The notes beneath the pieces are model-generated. The model made no database searches and was not told the DNA's origin. It saw only the letters and a list, made by a program, of their open reading frames with translations. A stretch of DNA of 64,000 nucleotides from Myxococcales bacterium (GTDB lineage Bacteria > Myxococcota > Myxococcia > Myxococcales > UBA5297): assembly GCA_031552145.1 (NCBI GenBank), contig JAVBMV010000005.1:3869-67868 (forward strand), in the 5' to 3' direction. How positions within the stretch are numbered: position 1 is the first letter of the stretch; each line of letters begins with the position of its first letter. Positions 27,031 through 34,779 of this stretch are shown piece by piece. The translations under genes and the position numbers were made by a program.

Positions 27031-29070
27031 CTATGGGCGCCGCGCGCGCAGCCTCGTGAGCCAGAGCCCCACGGTCGCAAAGCCAGCGGCGAGCCACTGC
27101 TCTCCTCCGGAGGCGCTGCAGCCGCCCGAAGTGCCCTTCTTCTTGTCGGGTTTGGTGAGCTCAGCGGTGCCGATCGACCAGAGGTCATTCTCGAAGTAGC
27201 CGCCCGACTCGCCCGAGAAGAGGACAATCTCGCCGGTGCCCCAGGCGGCCATGGTGTGGAACATCCTCGCCGAGGGCGCACCCGCCGTGGCGGTGAGTTC
27301 GGTCCAGGCGCCATCCGCCCAGAGCCATGTATCTCCAAGGCCTTGCCCCTCTTGCGTGCCGCCTCCGAAGAGCAGGAGCCTTCCCTCGCCCAGCGGGGCG
27401 ATGGCGCCATTGCGCCGCGCTGATGGCGATATCTCGAGGCCGGTCACCTCGTGCCAGGCGCCATCCTCCCAGAGCCAGGTGTCGCCCAGGACCTGCGCAT
27501 CCTCTCCGGTGCCGCCGAAGAGGAGCGCCTTTCCGGCACCGAGCGGGGCGAGCACGTGATTGTAGCGCGCCGGAGGACTGGAGGGGCTCTGTGTCTGCTG
27601 CGCCCAGGCGCCCTTCTCCCAGAGCCAGGTGTCGCCTATCGCGGCGGTGTCGAAGCCGCCAAAGAGCAGCACGTTCCCCTCACCGAGCGCCGCCATGGCG
27701 TGGTAGTAGCGCGCCGAAGGGTGGGCGGTGAGGCCGGTCACCTCGCGCCATGCGCCCTCTTTCCAGATGAGCGTGTCGCCTAGCTTGACGCGCTTCTCGC
27801 CGTCGTTGCCGCCGAAGAGCAACATCTGCCTGCCGCCCAGGGGCGCGATGGCGGGACGGAAACGATGCACTCCATTGGGCGCCTCGGCGGTCGCGAAGTG
27901 CCAGCCCTCATCGTCGAGAAGCCAAGTGGCGCCAGTGATGTCGCCATCGCCGCCGAGGAGCATCGTCTCGCCCGGGACGAGCTGCGCCATGGTGTGGCCG
28001 AAGCGCGGCGAAGGGGAGACCGTTGGGCCATCCTCCAGGGTCCAGTCGCCGCCGGCCCAACTCCAGGTCTCATTCGAGATGCTCTCGGCCGTGGTACCTC
28101 CGAAGAGCAGAAGGCCCTCCGTGCCGCGCGGTGCGAGTGCGTGTGCCGCGCGAGCAGAGGGCGCGCGGGCGGGCGCAAGCTGTTCCCAGGCCGAGCCGCT
28201 CCATCGCCACATGTCGCCCAGGATCTCTTCATTGGTCCCGGTTCCATTGCGGCCTCCGAAGAGGATTGGTTTCCCTCCAGGGCTAGCCATTGTGAAGAAG
28301 GCGCGCCCGGCAGGCGCGGCGGAGAGTCCCTCGGCGACGCGCCAGGTGGTGCCATCCCAGAGCCATGTGTCGGTGGCGTAGGTGCCATCGGTGCCCCGTC
28401 CGCCGAAGAGGAGAAGCTGGTTCCCCGAAGCAGCTATCCCCGCGCTCGCCCTGGGCGAGGGGAGCGTCTCGCCCGCGTCTAGCTGAGTCCAGTTGGTGCC
28501 GTCCCACTCCCATAGATCGTTGTAGTACGTACGATCGTTATTTCCGCCGAAAAGGAGCACCTTCGAGCCGAAGGTGGCCATGGCGTGGCCAGTGCGCTGT
28601 GATGGGGAGTTGGCGGGGCTCTTCTGCACCCAGTTGGCGCCGTCCCACTCCCAAGTGTCGGCCAGGTCGGAGCCATTATTGGCGCGCCCACCAAAGAGAA
28701 CCGCCTTGGCGCCGAGGCCGGCCATGGCATGCCACGAGCGTCGCGGCGGGCGCGTGGCCGGGTTCGCGAGCGACCAGCGCTCGCCATTCCATACCCAGGT
28801 CTCGTCGAAGAGGAGGCTGTGGTAGTCGGCTCCGCCAAAGAGCACGGTCTGGTCGCCGTAGGTAGCCGCCGCGCTGTAGACCTTGAAAGAAGGCTGGTTT
28901 TCGAGGCGGGTCCACGTCAGATCCTCCGGGGCCTCGAGCGGCTGCGTGGCGCGCGCGCTACTCTGCTCGTCAGCGGGCGCTTCGTCGAAGGGTTGGCAAG
29001 CGCCAGCGAGCAGAGAGACGGCGAGCAAAAGAGGGGCGACGAGCATCTTCAGCGGGATAGGTTCGGCCAT
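27031..29070 (-). CDS. 12-blade Kelch-repeat lipoprotein with MYXO-CTERM-like C-terminal sorting tail
   Basis: AGGAG lies 7 nt upstream of ATG 29070. Lipobox MAEPIPLKMLVAPLLLAVSLLAGAC. The unit (L/V)LFGG...DTW.W.G..W occurs 12 times. The C-terminus GGCSASGGEQWLAAGFATVGLWLTRLRARRP has a Gly/Cys/Ser patch, a hydrophobic helix and a basic end. Confidence 0.85.
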   Translation of the reverse strand: MAEPIPLKMLVAPLLLAVSLLAGACQPFDEAPADEQSSARATQPLEAPEDLTWTRLENQPSFKVYSAAATYGDQTVLFGGADYHSLLFDETWVWNGERWSLANPATRPPRRSWHAMAGLGAKAVLFGGRANNGSDLADTWEWDGANWVQKSPANSPSQRTGHAMATFGSKVLLFGGNNDRTYYNDLWEWDGTNWTQLDAGETLPSPRASAGIAASGNQLLLFGGRGTDGTYATDTWLWDGTTWRVAEGLSAAPAGRAFFTMASPGGKPILFGGRNGTGTNEEILGDMWRWSGSAWEQLAPARAPSARAAHALAPRGTEGLLLFGGTTAESISNETWSWAGGDWTLEDGPTVSPSPRFGHTMAQLVPGETMLLGGDGDITGATWLLDDEGWHFATAEAPNGVHRFRPAIAPLGGRQMLLFGGNDGEKRVKLGDTLIWKEGAWREVTGLTAHPSARYYHAMAALGEGNVLLFGGFDTAAIGDTWLWEKGAWAQQTQSPSSPPARYNHVLAPLGAGKALLFGGTGEDAQVLGDTWLWEDGAWHEVTGLEISPSARRNGAIAPLGEGRLLLFGGGTQEGQGLGDTWLWADGAWTELTATAGAPSARMFHTMAAWGTGEIVLFSGESGGYFENDLWSIGTAELTKPDKKKGTSGGCSASGGEQWLAAGFATVGLWLTRLRARRP

Positions 29071-29241
29071 TGAGCAGCTCCTTGGTTGGGGCCCCAGCGA
29101 AGCCAAAAGAGGCCGCACAAGTCAATATGCAGGGCGCTGCCGTGGGTCTGGCCGCAGGGCCTGCTACCGACTGATGAAATCGCCGGCGTGGATCCAAAGC
29201 CTTATCGCTCGAACCCAGCGCGGCACTCGAGAGGAGGGGGC

Positions 29242-30942
29242 ATGAGCGAGAGGAGTCGATGGACGGGGCTGCTGGTGCTTCTCGGGCTGCTCTTCGCTCA
29301 ATCCGCGTCGGCGACCGACCGCCCCGTGGGCGCGCCCTTCGAGACGCGGTCGGAGGTGCTGGCGCGCCACGGCATGGCGGCGACCTCGCAGCCGCTGGCG
29401 ACGCAGGCGGCTATCGAGATCCTCCGAGCGGGCGGCAGCGCGGTCGACGCGGCTATCGCGGCCAACGCGGTACAGGGGGTAGTCGAGCCCATGGGGTGCG
29501 GCATCGGCGGCGATCTCTTCGCGCTCGTCTGGGACACGAAGGAGGGGAGGCTCGTGGGGCTCAACGCCAGCGGACCGGCGCCGATGGGGTTGAGCCTGGA
29601 GCAGCTTCGGAAAGAGGCGCAAGGGTTCATCCCGCCGCGCGGTCCGCTCTCGGTGAGCGTCCCGGGCGCGGTCGATGGATGGGTCGAGCTCCATTCGCGC
29701 TATGGCCGCTTGCCCATGGCGCGGGTGCTGGAGCCCGCCATCCGCTACGCGCGCGAGGGCTTTCCGGTGAGCGAGGTCATCGCGTGGGCTTGGCGAATAG
29801 AGGCGGAGCGGCTCGCGTCATACGCCGGCTTCGCCGAGATCTTCATGCCGGGCGGACGGGAGCCGGGAAAGGGCGCGCTCTTTAGCAATCCGCGCCTCGC
29901 CGACACCTTGGAGCGCATCGGCGCTGGCGGGCGCGCCGGCTTTTACGAAGGGGAGACGGCAGAGCAGCTCGTGGCGTTTCACAGAGCAAACGGAGGCTAC
30001 CTTTCGACGGAGGATCTGGCCAACTATCACTCGGAGTGGGTTGCGCCCATCTCTACCAACTACCGCGGGTATGACGTCTGGAGCACGCCGCCCAACAGCC
30101 AGGGATTGGCGGCGCTGCAGATGCTGAACATCCTCGAGCGGTTCGACCTGCGCGCCATGGGAGCGGGCTCGGCCGACTTGCTCCACACGCTCATCGAGGC
30201 GAAGAAGCTGGCCTTCGAGGATCGCGCCCGGTGGTATGCGGATCCCGCCTTTGCGGAGGTGCCCATCGAGGCGCTGCTCTCGAAGGAATATGCGGCCAAG
30301 CGCGCGGCGCTGATCGATCCGCTTCATGCGTCGACCCGCCCCGAGCCTGGCAATCCCATCGCGGGAGGCGACACCATCTATCTCTCCGTCGCCGACGAAT
30401 CAGGGATGATGGTCTCGCTCATCCAGAGTAACTTCAGCGGCTTCGGGTCGGGGCTCACCCCGCCGACGCTGGGCTTTCCCCTGCAGAACCGCGCTAGCCT
30501 CTTCAGCCTCGATTCTACGAGCCCCAACGTCTACGCGCCGGGCAAGCGTCCTTTTCATACGATCATGCCCGGCTTCGTTACGAAGGAAGGGAAGCCCCTG
30601 GTGAGCCTGGGGGTGATGGGCGGCGACATGCAGCCGCAGGGGTTGGTTCAGGTGCTCGTGAACCTGATCGACTTCGGGATGGATCTCCAGGAGGCGGGCG
30701 ACGCGCCCCGTTTCTATCACTCGGGGAGCGCGGAGCCGACCGGGCGCCCGATGGTGGAGGGGGGAGGGCTGCTCTCGCTGGAGAGAGGCTATGGAGCGCT
30801 GCGCGAGGAGCTGGCGAAGCGAGGGCATAAACTGAATGCCGAACGGGCCAACTACGGCGGCTATCAGGCCGTCGAGAAGCAGGGCGAGATCTGGGTGGGC
30901 GCCTCGGAGTCGCGCAAGGATGGAGCGGCGGCGGGGTATTGA
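29242..30942 (+). CDS. ggt: Gamma-glutamyltransferase
   Basis: GAGGAGGGGG RBS upstream of ATG 29242. Signal peptide MSERSRWTGLLVLLGLLFAQSASA. The autoprocessing/nucleophile region is GGDTIYLSVADESG. The GVMGGDMQPQG motif is present and the C-terminus ends ...DGAAAGY. Confidence 0.9.
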   Translation: MSERSRWTGLLVLLGLLFAQSASATDRPVGAPFETRSEVLARHGMAATSQPLATQAAIEILRAGGSAVDAAIAANAVQGVVEPMGCGIGGDLFALVWDTKEGRLVGLNASGPAPMGLSLEQLRKEAQGFIPPRGPLSVSVPGAVDGWVELHSRYGRLPMARVLEPAIRYAREGFPVSEVIAWAWRIEAERLASYAGFAEIFMPGGREPGKGALFSNPRLADTLERIGAGGRAGFYEGETAEQLVAFHRANGGYLSTEDLANYHSEWVAPISTNYRGYDVWSTPPNSQGLAALQMLNILERFDLRAMGAGSADLLHTLIEAKKLAFEDRARWYADPAFAEVPIEALLSKEYAAKRAALIDPLHASTRPEPGNPIAGGDTIYLSVADESGMMVSLIQSNFSGFGSGLTPPTLGFPLQNRASLFSLDSTSPNVYAPGKRPFHTIMPGFVTKEGKPLVSLGVMGGDMQPQGLVQVLVNLIDFGMDLQEAGDAPRFYHSGSAEPTGRPMVEGGGLLSLERGYGALREELAKRGHKLNAERANYGGYQAVEKQGEIWVGASESRKDGAAAGY

Positions 30943-31450
30943 GCCGTTCAACGCCGCAGCTCCCGCCATGCGCCGGACCGGAGGCACGCGCTCGAAAACG
31001 AGCGAATGGGGATTGGTCGCGTCTATGTCTTGCGACAGGACGAGACAAGCGAAGGAGTTGGCGCCCCCGGGGTTCAAGGCTTCTATACCTTGAGCATGGC
31101 TGTCGCAGAGGCGCAGCATGTGTCGAGTGTGATAGACCGGAAATTGCCGCGCTATGCCATGCCTGTTGCTCTGATTGGGCGCTTGGCGGTTGATAAACGC
31201 TGCCAAGGCAGGCGGCTCGGAGAAATGCTACTAAATGCTACTAGTCGATGCCCTCCGCCGCGTCGCCGATGCGAGCACGATCTTAGGGTGTGTCGGGGTC
31301 GTCGTTGATGCAAAAGACGAGGGCGCAGAGGCTTTTTACGCGAAGTATGACTTTGTTACGTTGGAGCAGGCCTCAGCGCCCGCTTGGCCGCGCCGCATGT
31401 TTTTGCCAATTGCCTCGGCCAGGATGGCATTTGGTGCAGAGGGAACGTGA
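30943..31450 (+). pseudogene. GNAT-family (TacT-like) acetyltransferase toxin remnant: 5'-truncated and frameshifted by a 10-bp tandem duplication
   Basis: Frame 1 reads ...RHALENERMGIGRVYVLRQDE...GFYTLSMAVAEAQHV...KLPRYAMPVALIGRLAVDKRCQGRRLGEMLL. The perfect duplication aaatgctact/aaatgctact (31223-31242) then shifts the frame. The continuation (M)LLVDALRRVADASTILGCVGVVVDAKDEGAEAFYAKYDF... runs to the stop at 31450. The open frame begins immediately after the ggt stop, with no start codon upstream of the conserved region and no antitoxin gene. Confidence 0.7.
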
Positions 31451-31630
31451 TATGCACGAAGGGCTGATGAGCGCTGCGAAGGTGGCTATCTAGCCCTGGC
31501 CCTGCTCTTTGCGCCGTGACCGAGCCGCTCAGTTTTCGTTGCAGATTTCCGCCGCACTTCGTTCCGTCTAGTTCTGTCGCGATTCCACCTGGGGGGCACA
31601 TAGAACGGCTCCTTCGGGCCTCCCGACCGC

Positions 31631-32782
31631 TCATCGCCTCCCTCGGGTTCGGGATGGCTTCTTCTTGGGGGAGCTTCCTGCCACAGCAGGCGCTCCCAGC
31701 TCTCGCTCGATCTGTTCCGTGCTGGGGAGGCTGCTCTTGAGCTGCTTCGGCAGAGACTGGACGAGCTGGTACTCGGCGACACCGATGGGATTCTTGGCGG
31801 CGAGGAGCGCATACTCGACCACCATCCGGTTCTTCGTCTTGCAGAGGAGGAGGCCGATGGTGGGGTTGTCGAGGTCGTTGCGGATCTGGGCGTCAACGGC
31901 GCTCAGATAGAAGCCGAGTTGGCCGGTGTGGTCAGGCTTGAACTCGGTCGCCTTCAACTCGACCACGACGTAGCAGCGGAGGCCCAAGTGGTAGAAGAGC
32001 AGGTCGATGTGGAAGTCGTCGCCTCCGACCTCGACATGGACCTGCCTCCCGACGAAGGCGAAGCCAGCACCGAGTTCCAAGAGAAACGTGGTGATCTGGC
32101 TGGTCAACGCTGTCTCGATGGCCCGCTCGTCGGCTTCGGTTCCGACCCCGAGGAAATCGAAGTGGTAGGGGTCTTTCAAGGCGGCGGTCGCCTGCGTGGC
32201 ATGGGGTTCGGGGAGATGGCGGTCGAAGTTGGTCGCCGCCTTCCCGGTGCGTTCGAGGAGTTGGCTCTCGATTTGGTGCATGAGCACGGACCGGGACCAG
32301 CCATGCTCCAAGGCTTGGGCGGCGTAGAAGCGCCGCGCCTTCGCTGTCTTCACCTTCGTCAGGAGGACGATGTTCGCGCCCCAGCTCAATTGTCCAACAG
32401 GTTGTTGGAGAATTGCTTCGTCAGGCCACGCCTCGGCGAACGCCCTCATGTACATGAGGTTGGCGCGGGAGAACCCATGCATCTCTGGGAATGCGGTTCG
32501 TAGATCGTGGCCGAGCTTGTCGATGACGCCGGAGCCCCACTTCTGGGTCTTCTGCTTCTCCAAGATGCTGTTGCCGATCTCCCAGTAGAGCTGGACGAGC
32601 TCGGTGTTGACGGCGACAGCGGCGCGTCTTCTTCCCTCTGAGATCCTCGACTTCAGCTCCGATAGCCACGAGGTGTAGCCCTCATGAGCCTCGGTCAGCG
32701 CGGCCACCGCCCGTCGCGGCGGGGCGGCCGGTGGCCGAGACTTTACCGGGACAAGGGAGCGTGTCTTCTTGGTCGGGCTCAT
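31631..32782 (-). CDS. PDDEXK nuclease domain protein, YhcG/DUF1016 family
   Basis: LVQLYWEIGNSILEKQKTQKWGSGVIDKLGHDLRTAFPEMHGFSRANLMYMRAFAEAWP...FYAAQALEHGWSRSVLMHQIESQLLERTG, followed by the C-terminal nuclease core (IDLLFYH...YVVVELK). Confidence 0.8.
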   Translation of the reverse strand: MSPTKKTRSLVPVKSRPPAAPPRRAVAALTEAHEGYTSWLSELKSRISEGRRRAAVAVNTELVQLYWEIGNSILEKQKTQKWGSGVIDKLGHDLRTAFPEMHGFSRANLMYMRAFAEAWPDEAILQQPVGQLSWGANIVLLTKVKTAKARRFYAAQALEHGWSRSVLMHQIESQLLERTGKAATNFDRHLPEPHATQATAALKDPYHFDFLGVGTEADERAIETALTSQITTFLLELGAGFAFVGRQVHVEVGGDDFHIDLLFYHLGLRCYVVVELKATEFKPDHTGQLGFYLSAVDAQIRNDLDNPTIGLLLCKTKNRMVVEYALLAAKNPIGVAEYQLVQSLPKQLKSSLPSTEQIERELGAPAVAGSSPKKKPSRTRGRR

Positions 32783-32849
32783 GGGCTAGTGGAGTCTACC
32801 CGCTGCCCCTGACACGAGGCCAGCCGAAGGGACTTGATGATCGAGCTGC

Positions 32850-33599
32850 TCAGCCTGGTCTCTTGAGCCAATAGGCCACATAGCCGACGTAGTAATACCC
32901 CTCGATGCAGGCTTCGATCTCGCGCCGCGCCATCGCGATGGCGTCGCGCAGGGCGGGCTCCTCGGCCGCCTGCGGCTCCAGGGCGTCGCAGCGCGCGCGA
33001 AGTGGCCTGTAGTACTCGTCCCACCAGGCGGAGCGCGAGAGGCCGAAGCTGTCGACGACCTGGAAGCCGGCGTCCTGAGCGGCGACCGTGTTGGGCCCGA
33101 GAGACTCCATGCCAGGGTACTCACGGCCCCAGAACTCGAGCAGGTTGGCGGGGGCGGCCTTGTTGAGCCAGGTCGCCTCAGTGACGACGGCCTGTCCCGA
33201 GGGCGTCAGGAGAGGGCGCCAGGTCGCAAGCGCTCCGCCGAAGCCGAGGTGATAGGCGGCACCCTCGCACCAGAGGAGGTCGAACGTTTCCCAAGAGGGA
33301 TCGACCTTCGAGAAGTCGCCCACGCGCGCCTCGAGGTTGGTCAGGCCCTGGCGCTTCGCTTCGGCGGTGACCTTCTCGATGAAGGGGGCGTGGAGATCGA
33401 TGGCGAGCACCGTCGCTTCCGGGAAGTGTCTGGCGAGGCAGAGCGAGGCCCTGCCGATGCCGCAGCCCAGATCGATGATGCGGGCGCCGGGGCGTAGAGG
33501 AGCGACGCACCTGGCCCAGTTCAGCGTCTCGCGATCGGAGCCGGGGGCATGCCGGGGAAGGTCCTCGAAGAGGAGCCAGAAGGCGGTCTCGGGGGTCAT
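32850..33599 (-). CDS. Class I SAM-dependent methyltransferase
   Basis: SAM motif I is RIIDLGCGIGRASL. I chose the start at ATG 33599 (MTPETAFWLLFEDLPRH) rather than the track start 33641. Confidence 0.8.
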   Translation of the reverse strand: MTPETAFWLLFEDLPRHAPGSDRETLNWARCVAPLRPGARIIDLGCGIGRASLCLARHFPEATVLAIDLHAPFIEKVTAEAKRQGLTNLEARVGDFSKVDPSWETFDLLWCEGAAYHLGFGGALATWRPLLTPSGQAVVTEATWLNKAAPANLLEFWGREYPGMESLGPNTVAAQDAGFQVVDSFGLSRSAWWDEYYRPLRARCDALEPQAAEEPALRDAIAMARREIEACIEGYYYVGYVAYWLKRPG

Positions 33600-33661
33600 T
33601 CTCAGGATTATGCCACGGCAAGACCGGTGCCGTCGGCGCACCTTCGGGATTGAATCAAATA

Positions 33662-34021
33662 TGGAGGCGGCGGGAATCGAACCCGCGTCCGAAAGCCTTC
33701 CATCCTCGCTCCTACGTGCGTTTCCCGCATTCGTTTTCGTTGGGCCTCCTACGGGAGGGAATGCCCAGCGAATTTCCCCGCTATTTCTCGCAAGCGCCCC
33801 ACGGGGGAGGACGCTCGCCAGCCCGCTTTATGGCGCCCTAACCTCGCCCCCGCAGGCGGGGGAGCGAGAGGACGCGCGCTTCAACGGCTCTTAGGCCGCG
33901 AGCGCGAGCTCAACGTTGTCGTTGGCTGTTGTGATTTCCCAGGACAGTTTTACGAGGTGACCCGAGATCCTCGGCACGCAACTCATGACTTCAGAACCTT
34001 CGTCGAAACCAGTTCGCCCCC
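33662..34021 (-). ncRNA. ssrA: tmRNA (transfer-messenger RNA), tag peptide ANDNVELALAA
   Basis: The minus strand reads 5'-GGGGGCGAACUGGUUUCGACGAAGG...GGACGCGGGUUCGAUUCCCGCCGCCUCCA-3'. The acceptor stem GGGGGCG/CGCCUCC includes a G3:U70 pair. The tag ORF GCC AAC GAC AAC GUU GAG CUC GCG CUC GCG GCC UAA lies at 33926..33891. The terminal CCA is not encoded. Confidence 0.9.
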
Positions 34022-34054
34022 TTCTATTCTTGGACGGCCAGAGACCGCTCTTGT

Positions 34055-34083
34055 TTTGTAAGCCTCTGGCCCCCCGCAGTCAA
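34055..34083 (-). promoter_or_regulatory. Candidate sigma70-type promoter of ssrA
   Basis: The minus strand reads TTGACT (34083-34078), a 17-nt spacer, then TACAAA (34060-34055). This is about 33 nt upstream of the mature tmRNA 5' end. Confidence 0.4.
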
Positions 34084-34161
34084 CGGGCGCGGGGCGGCGT
34101 CGCGCGAGACGGCACCGCCGACCGGCGCGACACCGCCCGAGAGCTCTCGCCCCGAAAGAGC

Positions 34162-34590
34162 CTACTGGTTCTTCGTGGGCCAGTTGGAGCCCGGGGAATC
34201 GGAGGGGCTCGTGGGGTAGGCGGGGTTGCTCTTCTGCATTTCGCTGCCGGTGTTGGCGGAGACGATGGAGATGGAATGGAGCTCGTTCTTGTCCTTCTTC
34301 AACTCGAAGTTGGCGCGAACGTGCTGCCCCTCCTGAAGGTCGCGCGCCGAGGTGACGCCCTGGAATTGCGTCTGGCGGTTCACGACGAAGGGAATGGCGG
34401 CGCCGTTGTACTCAATGGTGATCTTGTCGCGCGCCGCCTGGAGCACCTTGCCGGTGAGCTGCTGGTTCGCAGCCTGGCTGTGGGTGCCCTGCTTGGCGCC
34501 GGCATCCATCTTCTCCTTTTCGTCGGCCGCCAGGGCGGGCGTGGAGAGGAGCATCGCTAGGGCCGCAAGAGCGGCACAGGATTTCATCAT
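34162..34590 (-). CDS. Hypothetical secreted protein (142 aa)
   Basis: GGAGG lies 8 nt upstream of ATG 34590. Signal peptide MMKSCAALAALAMLLSTPALAADE. I recognise no family. Confidence 0.6.
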   Translation of the reverse strand: MMKSCAALAALAMLLSTPALAADEKEKMDAGAKQGTHSQAANQQLTGKVLQAARDKITIEYNGAAIPFVVNRQTQFQGVTSARDLQEGQHVRANFELKKDKNELHSISIVSANTGSEMQKSNPAYPTSPSDSPGSNWPTKNQ

Positions 34591-34779
34591 TGCCGTTACC
34601 TCCATTCCCGCTGCCCGTTTGGGCACGGGCGCTCGTGTGTTGGCCGAAGCTATGGATGCACCGATAGAGGGAGGAAGTAGCGACGATTGGGGAGCGCCCG
34701 CATGGGGAGCCCAAAACGGCGTTCGCCGGACCCCTCGAGAGGCCCGGCGAACAGAGAAGAGAGGAGGATGGAGCGCTAC

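Noticed and set aside
33600-34160. Prophage or integrative element at ssrA with an intact attachment site.
   Set aside because: There is no integrase, excisionase or phage gene in the window. I could not find a second copy of the tmRNA 3' segment in the adjacent 3 kb. It is kept only as a decayed-island hypothesis (see findings).
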